A stretch of DNA of 64,000 nucleotides from NCBI RefSeq assembly GCF_009914755.1, contig NC_060931.1; one strand, 5' to 3'. This stretch comes from the human T2T-CHM13v2.0 reference genome, Homo sapiens. The notes under the pieces are model-generated. The model did not search any database. It worked only from the letters and a program-made list of their open reading frames with translations, and was not told the origin of the DNA. Both the position numbers and the translations under genes were made by a program. This document shows positions 47,276 to 61,594 of this stretch, one piece after another (position 1 is the stretch's first letter; every line of letters starts with the position of its first letter).

Positions 47276-49949
47276 ACTCTCTTTCATCACCATAACGAAA
47301 GTTCCATGACATTGATTGCTTTGTTTACTATTATATCCTCTGCACTTAGCATGGCCCGAAAATGATAGGTGCTCAAGAAATATTTCAGAATGAATAATGC
47401 CCTGGATTGTGTCCAATTTAGTCCTTGAATACTTCCCTCACTTAATAGTTTTAGGTTCTTCAGCTTTTTTTTTCTCATTCTTCTTAATTACTTCAATATT
47501 TTTTTCTCAGTCTATTTTCCTATCATCATCATCATCACTATAATCATCACGTAAAATGGCTAGCATTTCTATATGTGGAGAACTTAAAACCTTACAGCCC
47601 TTCATGGCAATAGCTCCCTGGCAATCCACCTACAGGCACAGAAAGGGCTGGCAGTTGCACCTCAAGCTGAACAGTCTCCAATCTCCTTCAGGCAGAATGC
47701 TTCATTTGTGAAATTCATTTCTCAGGGTATATTTCTCTCCAGGTCATTTATGAAAAGGGACTAACTTTGTTGGATAAAAGCAAAGTCATAAAATCACTTT
47801 TCTGGTGGTATCATACATGAGGGGCAAATGGCATGCTGGTGTTCTAGCCCCCTGAATTGCAAAGTGACGTCTAACTGGCAGGAAACATGTTTCTCCAGTG
47901 TGAGCAATTTTGTCACAGATGGAGAAATATCTTTGGAAAAAAATATCTGACATATAATCAGTGCTCAACATTTTTGGAATGAATGCATGGACCAAATCTC
48001 CCTGGCTGCTCTGTTTCTCCCTCCTATGTTGGTGGCTTGAATTTTGGGGATTTGTGGTAGAGTTAACTACATGTCCATGCTTTTTTTCTCTGAAGCCCAG
48101 CTGTCACTGTGTAGCCTCTGTCTTCCTGTACATGAAACATTCCCTGTGCATCTGGAGGCTCAGAGAAGGGACCCCGCCAGTCTGCACGTGAAATTTGCAG
48201 CCTCAGCTTCTGCACCTGTGGGCTGAGCGATCTGGAATATATTTCCATTTCCCGGTCACAGTTGGAGCAGTGAGATTTGACCTTTAGAAGGCAGTGGTTT
48301 GTTGAGAGCCTGTTCTTAGTTCTTTTTAAATCATGTACACACTGCAAGAGCTGGACACCTCTGCCTACTGAAGGCTGAAGGAATGTTCCTTGAAGCCAAG
48401 TCTAGACAGAATTCCAAAGCAGGGGAATTGGTGGGGACCAGGGAAATTGCCACACCGTCCATGCCAACTTTCTGTCCTGCAATTTTACCATTTTTGTGTT
48501 TCTGGATGTTAGCCAAAATGAGATGCCTTTTGTGCCAAGAATGACCATAACAAGCAGGTTGAGGTTTCCACTGGAGGTTAATTTAAATGTTCCACCTTCC
48601 TTCAGCTCCCAATTTAAAGTGCATTATGTTTCCCAAGGCAACCCCAAGATTTTCCAGGCCTCTGGTTTACTGAGGGGAGAAGCAAGGAAAAGCCAAACTA
48701 TTCTCTGTCATTTCTCAATTTATAGCCACCTGTAATCAATCATCAGATGAATGGGGATTTACAAAAACAATTGAATTAGGAAAGTACTAATCCCAACTGT
48801 CAATGGGATGAGTAAAACCCCAAACTGAAGCGAAGGAGACAGGCATGATCTTTCTGGCTCACTTTCTGCTGATGCCTGATGCGGCTCCACAACCTGAGGC
48901 TGAGCCTGCCCCAAGCCACACAGCTGGCACCCCATGAAAACCTGGCATCCCAAGCCCTCATGTGGTTTGTGACCTTTTGTTTTAAACTGCCTGCTCCACC
49001 CATTTCAAACTCCAGGTCCTGAAGAAAACATTCTCTGAGCATCTGATGGTTTCTTATTCAGAATCTACTCTCTGTCTCCCTCATCCTACACATCCATTAG
49101 CCACGAAGTCCCACTGATTTTACTTCCTGTCCCATTCATATGCACACCCACTGCCACTGCACTGATGCAGGTCCTGCCATCCCTCACCTTGCTGGGACCA
49201 TCTGCCCGCCCTCAACATGTTCTCTACAGCAGCCCCGCTGTCAGCTCCATTCTCCACATGGCAACCAGCACCACAGGTCAGCCATAAGAATCTGACCTTG
49301 CTCTTTCCTGCCTAACATTCTAAGCTTTGATCACCAGACTGCTCATGGTTCACTTACCACCACCCTGCACACACACACACCTGCTGGATCATGACTTTGC
49401 CCTTCCTTTGGCCACTCCCCAGGCATTCCCAGGCTTCACTTGGATAATATTCACTTCCCAAGATGTGGATAAGGTTGCATCTCTTAGAAACCTTCTCAAA
49501 CGCATCACCCTGGTTCAAACATATCTTCTTACTCTGCTCATAATTTCCCATGTAATTTTGAAATTATTTGATGACATCTCCTTCCTAAGCTCTCAGATCC
49601 TAGACAGTGGGATTGCCCCTTCCTGACCCCATACTTGGAACACAATAGGTATTCAAGAAATCTGTGTTGAATGGGAGTGATAAGCCTCACTTCTCCCTAA
49701 AATCAGTTTTCTTGGTATTGATCTCTTGACTTGCTTCATTTCCTGTCTTGACAATGGTGTAGACTGTTTCCTCTAAGGGTGCTTGCCCTGGTGTATTCAT
49801 AAGCAACCTGCTCAATGCTCACCAGCTACTCCTCGGAAATCTCTCAGTGGTCCTGGAGTCCATCCCTGGGATCTCTCAGTGGCCTCTCTGTAGTTTTAAG
49901 AAGAATTTTCAATGAGGACTTAATTCCGGAATGATTTTGAAAGTAGGTG

Positions 49950-50242
<293 letters not shown>

Positions 50243-51659
50243 CTAGGTGTGTTGAACTGAGTACATAATCACTACTACATTAAAAAACTGCTCCAGAATA
50301 AAGCCAGAGGAACAAGGATGACATGAAAAATGTTGTAGTCCTATGGCACTTTGTAGCTACAAAGGTTTGTCTTATTTGGGAAAATTTAGTAGCTCTTGTG
50401 CCCAGCTGTCATAAATTAGTATCTTTTCTGAGTGCTGGCTTATTGTTACATCAACTAGGGAGCTTTTAGCTGATGCCCAGGTACAATCTCAAAGGTTCTG
50501 ACTTAATCAGCCTAGGTAAAGCCTAGAGTATTGGTGTCTTCTAGAAAGCCCCCAAGGGATATTTTGAGCATCCAGAATTAGGAAAGGTTGCTCTACAATG
50601 AGCTTCTCCTCATTGGTGGTGACACCCCTGACTCTGTCTTCCCAGCCAAAGCAAGTTCCTTTTCACTGCGCCCCTAATGACTGTGGACTTTACAAAAGCT
50701 TAGGTGATCTCTCTTGAGAATAGCTTCCAGTGATTCTTCAACTTGGGATTTCACTATGCAGAAAATGTGTTGAAAAGAGAAAAAGAAAACACTGCAAAGG
50801 GATCACATTTATGATTCTGTAACAGGTAATTTAAGCAGTGGTACACATACATGTGTAAATATATACCCAATGCAAATATAACATGTTATACACCTGTCTC
50901 TGTGGAATGCAGTGTGGCACAACAGAGACTGCTGTACTGTGAGCTGCCGAAGTGACACACTTTGAACTTTATGTCTTACTTAGGAAAGCCTGGAGATCGA
51001 TCTTCATAAATTTAGGTGAGAGGACGTCTGTAGATTGAGGGCCCTGCCTGAAGGACAGGCTCTTCCATTATGCACAGCTTTTTTTTTTTCTCATTTTAAA
51101 GTATTCTTCTTGTCTTCCTGAAGCAAGACCAACCATCACTGAGGAGATGAAAAGACTTGACAAACATCAGCCTTGGGACTAAAACTTAAAAAAAAATCAG
51201 TCTTTCAATTCTTTCATGCCTGGTACATCGATGGACAAATTCACAATTTCTATGCTTGAATTTCTGTTGATCCTTAAATAACATCCACCTTGAGAAAGAG
51301 GCCAACAGAGAGTAAGCCAGGGTGTTAGAGACGTACTTCCTATTCATTAGGAGACTGTAGATTATATGACTTCGTGTTTGCAAAGCAAGTAAAATAGTGC
51401 CTCGCATGTACTTATAACACTATACAAGTGTTAAACAAAAACAGGATAAATGTAGTAGAATGCTGCTACTTTTGCTTCCTTATATCATTTCTTCTGGGTA
51501 ACAGCCCACTCCCCAATCAATGAGATTCCAGTGGGGCCAGAAATTCTAAAGTCCGCTACCCCAAACTTTCCTGGAGAGAGCAAGGCCTCCAGTAGCAGGA
51601 TCATGGTGGGACTTTTACCTTTCCAGAACATCTGCTTCCTTCATCCTTCCTCCATTAAA

Positions 51660-51850
51660 AAATTTAACAATTACATTTGACAACTGCTTTGGCATAAAGA
51701 TAAATAAAAATTCAAGCTGAATTTATTATTATATATTTGTTACTATATCAATTTTTTCTTTTGACTTTAAAGGAAACTTAAAACATTTTCATGGGTCCCT
51801 AAAAGTACCATGGGCCCCAAGCACAGTGCTTCATGGGTAAGTTGGCCCCA
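51660..51850. mobile_element. Probable hAT-Tip100-type DNA transposon end (Zaphod/MER115-like)
   Basis: aaacattttcatgggtccctaaaagtaccatgggcccc...atgggtaagttggccc resembles the recalled terminal sequence. Confidence 0.5.
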
Positions 51851-52027
51851 TCCAACAGTCCCATTGAACAGGCCTTGACTTTGCCAGCTCTTTTCCTTTC
51901 CAGAACAAGATGGGAGTGTTTTATTTTGTTTTGTTTTGTTTTTGAGATTTGGGAGAAGGCAGATTTCATGAGCAATTGTAATTCAAATTCAAAGCACTCA
52001 ACAAGTTCTTATTAAGCATCATTATGT

Positions 52028-52166
52028 TTGTGTGTGTGCATGCATTACTCATTATACTTACACACATACACACACACGCATGGACATACAGATGCATGAA
52101 CACATGTGCAAACAGGCATGCACATGCACACACACACGCACGGACACACACACACGCACACACACA
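52028..52166. repeat. Degenerate (CA)/(TG) alternating purine-pyrimidine repeat
   Basis: Interrupted CA/CG/TG runs. Confidence 0.85.
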
Positions 52167-53348
52167 TTCTTAAATTGGTCTTGGATGGTAGGAGTTTGCA
52201 ATCTGGTTGATACGTCCATAATTTATCCATATCCCAAATGTTTTCCTACAAAGAGCCAGACATTAAATGAATTCTAGTCCAAGGCTATGTAATTACAGTT
52301 CTTCAATTGTAAGCAACTAAGTTAGACTCTGCCTAACTTAGTTGTTTTTTTTTTTTGTAAGGAATTTGGTGGAAAGATACTGGAGAACTCTCAAAATGAA
52401 GAAAAAGCATCATTATCATTTTTCTTAAAGATGCTATATTGTGTTTTGTAAGCCAGAGTGAGAAATTTGGATTTAATTACAATGTGAAAGGAAGCCATTG
52501 GATGGATTTAAAGGAGGGTAGTGGTGTGATCTGATTTATATTTGCAAATAATGTTTCCAGCTGCTGTATGGAGAATAGCTTGTAGATGTGTTGGAAGAAA
52601 TCAGGATGATAAGTGAGGAGATATTTCATGGACCGGAGAAAAGATGGGGCCCTTGCTAGTGGGAAAATGTGCATATGGAGAGGCATAGACAGAGGCACAA
52701 CATATTTTTAAGGTTAAGGAAGTCATCAAGGGATAACTCTTAGGTTTTTGGCTCCTTGGCTTTGCATTTGACCAACTAGGTATATAGTCATGCTACTTAC
52801 TAAGAAAAAATTAAAAAACTGGAAAAGAAACATGTTTAAGAGTGGCATCAAAATTCTTGCTGTGGCAGTTTCAGTTATCAGCCATATATCCATGTGGAGA
52901 TGACAGACAAGTCGGGAGTGGTCTCTGAATTTGGAGTTTCAGGGAGGGATCAGGGCTGGGGATATCTACTTTCAATGTTTATATAAAAATGATATTTAAC
53001 ATGATGAGTCTGAAAACATTACTCAGTTAAAGATGCTGATAGAGGAGAAGAGCGTTGGCTGAAGCTCTGAGGTGGCACTTCAACATTTAAGGTCAATTAG
53101 AGGAGGGTAGATGAGTGGGGAGTGTGGTGTCACAGAAACTCAGAGAAGGAGTGTCACACAAAGATGTATAACATCCTGCTGAGATATAAAGTGAAGAGAG
53201 AGGACACTATGGATTTGGTGGCATAAGCGTTCTTGGTGACTAGAGATATAGGGGGAATAGAAGTCTTGTTGGAATGAGTTGTGGGAAGAATAAGAAAGAG
53301 TCTACTAAGAAAAATGGGGACTGAGAATGGGATGTTAACTGGAGGGAA

Positions 53349-53699
53349 TGTCTGAATTCAGGCTGCTAGAATAAGCTACCATAGATGGTGGCTTATAAAC
53401 AGTAGAAACTGATTTATCATAGTTTTGGAGTCTGAAAGTCCAACATCAGGATGCTGGCATGGTCCAGTTCTGGTGAGGGCCCTGCAGACTGTGGGTTTCT
53501 TTTGTATCTTCAACTGCTGTTACTAGGGTGAGAGAGATCTCTGGGGTCTTTTTCTTTATAAGGGCACTAATCTGATGCATAAGGGCTCCACCCTCATGAC
53601 AATTACTTCCTAACAACTCCATCTTCTAATACCATCACATTGGTGGTGAGGATTTAAATGTATACATTTTCGGAGGACACAAACATTTAGGACCTAACA
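53349..53699 (-). mobile_element. MaLR solo LTR (MLT1A/MSTD-like)
   Basis: ggtggcttataaaca...aagtccaacatcagg...ttataagggcactaatc...ggacacaaacatttag...aca. Confidence 0.8.
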
Positions 53700-53881
53700 G
53701 GGATGTAGCCTCCAGGCAAGAATCATTTAAAGTTGCATGTTTGTCTGCTGACAGCAGGAATACAGTATACAGAAAGAATCTGATGATTTAGCCAAGGCAG
53801 GAGCCAAGTCTTTGAAAAGACAAGAGTGCATGAGAGCTGGGTGCAAAATTGGAACAGTCACCTTCTCATTAGACTGCGAAC

Positions 53882-54179
53882 TTTTTTTTGTTTGTTTATT
53901 TTGAGAGTCTTGCTTTGTTGCCAAGGCTGGAGTGCGGTGGTATAATCTCGGCTCACTATAACCTCTGCCTCTTGGATGCAAGCGATTCTCCTGCCTCAGC
54001 CTCCTGAGTAGCTGGGACTACAGGCACACACCATTATGCTTGGCTAATTTTTGTATTATTAGTACAGATGGGGTTTTGCCACATTGTTCAGGCTGGTCTC
54101 AAACGCCCAACCTCAAGTGATCTGCCTGCCTTGGCCTCCCAAAGTGCTGGGATTACAGGCATGAACCACTGTGCCCGGT
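53882..54179 (-). mobile_element. AluS
   Basis: Dimeric Alu. TSD agactgcgaacttt / agaatgcgaacttt. Confidence 0.92.
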
Positions 54180-57100
54180 GGAGAATGCGAACTTTATCCT
54201 TTATCAAGAGATAGAGGACAGAGAACAAGCAGGTCAGTAAATATGGTGGAGAAGAGGTGAAAAAGCTCCTGGCTGATTGCTTACTTTCTCAGCAATGAGG
54301 CACAGCCACCAGCCGAGGGTGAGAGTTGCAAGGATGTAGAAGATAGGACAGAAGGGTGAGAAATCGTTGCTTGGGAGAGCCTAAACATGAAGAGGAAAGG
54401 GAAACCCAAGGAGGGCTGCCTGGCATGATTGAGTGTCCATTTTAGATTTAACAATATGAAATTTAGAAGACCAGTCAGCATAGTTGGGTTTTTGTCCAGC
54501 AATGTTTGGCTGCACTGGGGCAAAAGTCTTGGCCGCTATTATGAATGATAATACTAGCTGGCATGTATTTAATGCTTATTAGGTGTCAGACACTTTCTGA
54601 AGCACTTTAGAAGTCTTATTTGTTTCTTACAACTGCTTTATGATGTATGTGCTATTATTATAGGTGAGGAAAATGAAATAGGGACAGCTTGAAAGGGCTG
54701 GGGCCTGTTGCAGATCCTGGCAATTAGACTCAAAAGACCACATAATTCACGACTTATGGGCTGTTACTAGGACAGATGAGTCAATGGTATATAAAGCATC
54801 TAGCACAGTGCCCTGCCCATAGGAGGCATTCAATGAAAATGCCTCCTATGGGCATTCATAAATACTGCTATTTATGAATAGCAATAATTAGGAAATGATA
54901 TTATCTACCACAAAGAGTTTTTATAAGGTTTAAGAAAGATGAAATCCGTGAAATTCTGAGCTTAGCACCTGGAACTTAATAAATGTCGGTGCGTTTCTTT
55001 TCTGTACTTCTCCCACCAACCTACGTAATATTCTGACATCTAAGTCCTTAGTCATTTATGATTGCTGAGAACTGTGTTGCCATGGGAGACCACTAGGTGG
55101 CGCCACCAAAGAGCAAGCTTGTTCCATTTACCTTCAGATTTAACTCAGATACAGGTGGGCGAGCAGAAGCTGGACCTTGACAACCAAAAGAAGAATTGTC
55201 ATAAATAAATAAACAGATGGATAGAGAGAGGGATAGGGTTGCATTTAAAGCATATATTTGGGTAAGCAAATAAAACAAAGAGCATGTATATCCAAAGAGA
55301 CTCTGTTAATTAGATAGGCAGGCGACAAGGGCCAATGCAAATTTCCTGTGCTTGCAAGCTAAATAAAACAGAAATCTTGCCTACTTTCTCAAAACCAAGC
55401 TATACTCCCAAACTGTTAAATCCATGCATCAGACAAAATTTCTAACGGTGGCATGGGCATATGTCTCTCTATTTCCTTTTCCTGCCTCCAGCACAGGTAA
55501 TGGAGACTTCAGCCCAGCCCACCCTATAATTTGATAGCTATCTCTCTCTAGCTGCCAACCCCATCCAAGATCAACAAATGAAAACACCTAGTGTTCCAAG
55601 CAATGCTGCCTCATCCGGAGACAATCCCAGGTATCCTTCTTTGTGCAACACTTACATTCCAGGAGGTTCTCTCTGAATGACAAAGGTCAGAAACAGAAAA
55701 GCATGCTTTTCTTATCTCTCTTTTCCTAGGAGCAGTGATATAATGCGATTGAAATCTCTTGCCTGTTTATTGTATCATCATCCATAGCTGTATGGCTCTA
55801 CGATATTCTGGAAAAGGTATAGATACAGTTAAAATAAAAATCCATCCCACCACATTATCATGGCCTTGGGGTACATTTTCCAAGATCCACCCTCCCCATC
55901 CCTAGGCATCTTTCTATTGCTTCCTGGATCGCCCCACTAAGGACATATGTATCTGCTTGTAGCCAGTGCAACTGAGCTCCCCAAACACAGATTCCCATGA
56001 AAACTGAACAAAAGAGGAGGGAGAGGCAGAGCATGTTAAATGTCTCATTAGGCCTTCTGTCTGATTCTCATTAGATTCGCTGACTGCTTCTCATTAGGCC
56101 CATTGCCTCAACTTCTTTCAGGCCCTGAATATGTAGGCCAGTGCTTATTGTCATGGTTGGTCGAGAAGATCCATTTCATTTATTCATAAATTGAATGTGG
56201 CTTCTGAAAAGTCCCAGGCATTTCTTTTGGCAAAGTGAAGGCAGGCGTATTGTTGTTATTTGCTATTTTTTGAGCAATCCTAAGCAGGGTGGGCAGAAGA
56301 AATAATTTAAAAGACCCAGCACGAAAATTTCAAACACTGCTGCAGAACTGGAGCACTGGGAGACACATTGTTGCAGCCAAGAGGCCAGCATCATATGCAG
56401 ACATCTGCAATGGGACATCATGGGCACAATCACAAATACCACCAGGTTCAGAGAGGAACTGCTATGGCTCTAACAAGATGCCCACTGGGCAGGCTATGGA
56501 AGACAAGAGCTATCAGGGACATCAGTAAGTTGCAACTCCTGTCCTCCCTGCTGTTTGAAAACATGTACCCAGTGTTTTGAATTAAGAACCAAATAATCAC
56601 ATAGAAAAGTTACTGTACAGTAAAATATTCTACAAATTATGGGTATAATACATTACCCTTGTGGAAAAAAAAAATAACTGGCATCTCAATATTCTTCTCA
56701 TTGAAACAAGTAACTGATCCCTTCCCCTGGGAAGAAAGCTCCCAAGATATGGCAGGAAGTTAATGGAACTTAGAGACAATATGTTTATTGTGACATCGGT
56801 GGACTTGGCCCTGAAGAATCACACAAAATACATATCTGCAATGGAAAAAGTAAACATTGATGAGCATTTGCCCAAAAAATGGCAAGCAACTGCGTACTTC
56901 CTATGCTGTCTCTTTGCCATTGTTTGCTGTCTTTGCTTGAGTTTCTCTCCTGGGTGCATGTGATGTGCGCCTAACATGACTTTCAGAGTCATCTGGTGCC
57001 TAGAATCAGAGAGATGATTTTCATAAGGAATTATTTTTTTAATTTTCCCGGACAGTAAAGTTTGAGTGAGGAGATTTAGTACCCTTTAGAAAGCCAGTGT

Positions 57101-60100
57101 TTCCCCCTCAGCTGAAGGTATGCTCTGTGTTTGATACAGACCTATCGAAGCAAGTCAGGCTGCCCAAGAAACACTTTTCTGAAATTGAATGTTAATATTA
57201 GATTGGAAACTTTCTTCCTGCCCCATCCCCCCACCCATGAGGGATAAAAGAGGTGTCTCCATATAAAGTCTTCTCCATCAGGAAGAAATGCGGGTATTCC
57301 CCAAGGAAGGAGAAGGGCCATGACTCACTGAGGAGGTCCAGGGTGTGGTTTCTTTCAGACAAGCTCCAGCTGTTCCAAAAGCTGGAAAGACATGGCAACT
57401 TCTCCTTTGTGGGTTTTGTTCAAGTTTGCAATGTCCCATTTTGAGGTAGCACTGGAATCCTCTTTTTACTCTGTGCTGTGGGAAGAATTTCCATGTGGGT
57501 ACATGACTGTTATCAATGAGGTTACCTATGTTTAGGTTTGTTGCCTTTATATCAGGCTATGTGGTCAGCCTTATAAGGACCTATGTGAAGATCAGGGCAT
57601 AGAACTTGCTGTTAGGAAAGGGCATGGTCATTCCAAAGATGCTTCTATGCTGATTTCCCTCACCCCCAATACTGACTTCTAAGCCAGTTTCCCCATCCTT
57701 GGTGACTAGCCCTCAACCTTGTGTAAGTACTCCCATTTTGGGGAACTTGACCTCCGAGCATTCCAGGAAATGTGTATCCCAGACTGCAACGTTCATTCAC
57801 AACATTCCCAAACAAAACTTGTTTTTCTCCCAGTTGGCTTGCAGAATATACTGTTTTGTGAAGCCCTCCTAAGATGTATTGATAAATATCTGAAAGAGAC
57901 ATGCTTATTGATGTCTGTGAGACATGACTGTGGAGATGACATAAAAATTTTGGCTCCAAAGCTTTTCAGTAAAAAGCCCAGTTCAGAGACAGGCTGTAAC
58001 AATGGGCTGAAAATGATCTTGGCCTTTCAAGCGCTTTATCCTATCCAAAGTTTCAGCAAGAGAACCTGATCTCCCAGAAAGTATTTCTTTTATTGCCAAC
58101 CATAGAGAATCACTGACAAAACTAATTAAAGAATTTGAACCTCATTTCCTCTTTCATTAGCTGACCCTCAACCAGGGGCTGGACTCCAAACAAAGGCACT
58201 CTGAGCCAACAAGATATAGAATGTGAGCCTCTCACCAGAGTAAAGAGGGCTGCATGCTCTCATTCTCCTCTTTGAAAGAGCTACTTGAGTGCAAAATACC
58301 TTGCCCTTTTTTTTATAATGGAAAAAGCTTTGGGTTGCCATCAGAAATAATGAAGTTTGAAGTTCCTGAAAGTTATTCATTTATTGGACTTGACTTTCCA
58401 CCCTTCCCTTGAATTCCAGGAGCCAGGTCAAGACAGTGAGTTCTCATGGAAAATTAAGTACTTTTGCAAAGGTGCTTAAAGAAATATGCTTGTTTCAGGT
58501 TTCAGGCTCTCAAGGGGATGGTGGTCATTGATTTCCAGGCTTAAGACAACGATAAAGACTTCCAGATATGAATGAGCTTATATGGAATTCAGCCAGTCTA
58601 CCTGAAAGGCCTGTTGTAAAATACTTGGTTCTGTCTTGGATACTCACCCTTCTCCTTCTTGACTTTTTTTCTTCCGCATTTTAAGATTGCATCATTTGGC
58701 AGTCATTGCAATGATTACATAGAATGGCATTTATTGATTGAATACCTTGGCAGATTGAAGAATAACTATCTGAAGATTGTGAAATGATTTCTGTAAGTTA
58801 CATGATTATCCACTGAAGTGATGGGCTCTATCACAACATATATCTTTGTTAGTTGGTTATGAAGCTGACATAAATTTAAAGAAGAAGGGCCTCAGAGAGG
58901 TTTCTGGAAAAAATTTTCATTTTATTAATATGGAAAAATCTTAAGCTTAGAGATTCAGTTTTTTTTTTTAAATTGAGTGGAAACAAATCCTATTTTATTT
59001 TAAAAATATATTTTATTTCCATTTTAACTTTGATGACAATAAAACACAGATTTTGATAGAAGAGTCATCATTCAAAAACAAAGGATGGGTCTCCTTTCTC
59101 AAGTGGCACCCTGACTACTTAATATTACACTACTGATTGGTCTGCATGATCCTGTTTGATCAAGTGAGATGGCCCTCACTGAACAGGCTTTTCCAAAAGC
59201 ATTTTACAACAAGTCGAGGCCTCCTTAATCCAGAGTAAAGCTAGGGATATACAAGAGTGGCAAAATGTAAACAAGGGGAGACCCAAGAATATACTCAGCA
59301 CGGGAGCTCATGACTTCCTCTCTGACTCTGGCCAAGAGTATTGTTCCTGCTGTGTGCACGCCTTAGAATATCACCCAGGGAACCGGATGCAATGCTTTGG
59401 CACTTCATCTAATTTCTCTGCTCTGGAGACCTAGTCACCAATGCCAGATAGATTCCCTTGCAAGTGATCAAATACTTACTTGACTTTGAACTTTTGGTGA
59501 AAGATTTAATGTGGGATAATCAATGAGTGAAACTACACTATGCAATCCCACAAATATGCAAAAAACAAGAAAAAGAAAGGGGAAATTAACATTCTTGGAT
59601 TATTTGACCATGAAAGCATGGAATTTGCTTTAAGTAAAAGCTTCTATGACAATGGAATCTTGAAGGAATTACAACTGAAATCCAAAAAAAAAAAAAAAAA
59701 AAAAAAGAATTAAATGGTCTTATGTATTTTTTTTAAATCGTTGTGTTCAATTGTGCTATGTAGAATCCACAGTTTTCTCTTCCCTTAACAAAATCTTGGG
59801 TGTATTCCATAACTTCCTGGTCACATTTGGTAATTAAAACTTAGTGTGGCTTAATTTAAACCCTTAATTGCATATCCAATTTAAAGCTAGAGCTGTGACT
59901 CTGGCTGCTTAGAAAGAGGGTGGGGGGCAAAATCTGGCTGTGGAGCAATGCTATCCTCCCCCTCCCGTAGACCCAGCTTTTCTGGGGAGCCTGAAGGAGG
60001 GCTGGGGGATGCACAGAAATCCTTTCTTAAATGGCCACTTGCCTGTGGGAGGGAGGCGCCCCTGGGCACTGTTCTGATTCTTCCTGGTTCCATTTTCCTC

Positions 60101-60729
60101 TAGGAGTTTCCATGCAAGTGCTGTATGTGTTTTTAAGCTTTCTTCCACCCCACGCTCCTGAACGCAGCCTTGTCTGCCATCAGCCCTGGGAGGGCATCTC
60201 AGGTCTCCACTCGGTGGAGCCTGGAGGAACCTCCTGGCTCCAGCACCTCCTCTCACATCCGGGTTTCTTTTAGTGGGGCCAATGAAAGGTCACAGTCTGA
60301 TTTCATGTCCTCTCAGCACAGAAGAAAACTAGGTGGGTTGGGGATCACCCTCTCTTTCCCCGGGAATTGCTACCACAGTCCCTCCAAGTCAACACTCATG
60401 CCTTGGGAAATTCCTAGACTGAAAGCAGGCCACAGCTTGCGTGTTCCTCTCTGCCTGTATCGCACCTCAAGGCTCCACATCTTCCATGGAGACATCTTGA
60501 GTCTGCCAGCTCTGGAAGCTTGGGAGGCCTCTCGGTGGGGAGTGAGATGCCAGTTTCCCTGTATTGCAAGTCCCCCCAGTCACTATAAATGACGCTGCTG
60601 GAGGGCAAATGCGCCCTTCCCTGGGTCTGTTTCATGCACACCTCTCCTGCCCTCTTCTCTTGACTGGGGAGGACCTGGCAGGATGCAGTGGTGCTTGTTG
60701 GCAGTGTGTCCCTCCTGCTGCCTCGTGGT

Positions 60730-60779
60730 CACCCGAAGGGATGGTATCTGGTCCCACCCGAAGGGATGGTGTCTGGTCC
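60730..60779. repeat. 25-bp tandem duplication
   Basis: cacccgaagggatggtRtctggtcc twice, one mismatch. Confidence 0.92.
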
Positions 60780-60930
60780 CGATGCATGGTGGCTTCTTGT
60801 TGGGTCTTGCGAGAATATGATGGTATCTCTGTTTCCAGTAGTATTAAATGTCCTGTGGTATGAGCAAAAAAGGGACATGGCTTAAAAGTGACTTATTTTG
60901 GGGAAAATGCAGTTCTAAAGAATGCAATTT

Positions 60931-61089
60931 AGCCGGGTATGGTGGATCATGCCTTAATCCCAGAGCTTTGGAAAGCTGAGGTGAGAGAATGGCTTGAGCC
61001 CAGGAGTTTAAGGTTATAGTGAGCCATGACAGTGCCACTGCACTTCTGCCTGGGTGACAATGTCTCTCTCTAAAAAAAAAAAAAAAAAA
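60931..61089 (+). mobile_element. Alu monomer (FRAM/FAM-like)
   Basis: Single right-arm-like monomer with a poly(A) tail. Confidence 0.8.
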
Positions 61090-61345
61090 GCAACTTATAT
61101 GTTAAATGATGGGCAATGGAATGAAAGATTCGATTTCACAGTCTATGAATCTATGTTAATTATTAATTCTCAAAATGATTTTTATACCCAGGGCTCAATG
61201 AATAAAATGTTTCTTCATAAAAATTAGAGGAAGGAGACTGAACTGAGTTTAGGTTCCCAAATCATAGGCCTAGTGCCACGGGACAGGTAAAGCCATGAAT
61301 CTTCTTGTGAATTTGGTTGCTAACTTAGAGCACTGGGTAACTGGG

Positions 61346-61594
61346 TCCATCTATGTATCCATCCACCATCCTTCCTTCCTTCCATCCACCATCCATCCAT
61401 CCTTCCTTCCATCCACCATCCATCCTTCCTTCCATCCACCATCCATCCTTTCTTCCATCTACCATCCATCCTTCCTTCCATCCACCATCCACCCTTCCTT
61501 CCATCCACCATCCATCCTTCCTTCCATCCACCATCCATCCGTCCTTCCATCCACTATCCATCCTTCCTTCCATCCACCCACCCATTCATCCATC
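61346..61594. repeat. (CCAT)/(CCTT) compound repeat with a 23-bp higher-order unit
   Basis: About nine copies of ccatccatccttccttccatcca. Confidence 0.92.

Larger units (their letters stand above)
52450..54520 (-). mobile_element. L2 remnant interrupted by a MaLR LTR and an Alu
   Basis: L2-like words (ggaagccattggatggatttaaa...tgtgatctgattta; ggagtttcagggagggatcagggctgg; gtgtggtgtcacagaa). Confidence 0.6.

Noticed and set aside
59685-59706. Poly(A) tail of a processed pseudogene
   Set aside because: No upstream poly(A) signal, clear TSD or recognisable mRNA body; treated as a simple A-run.
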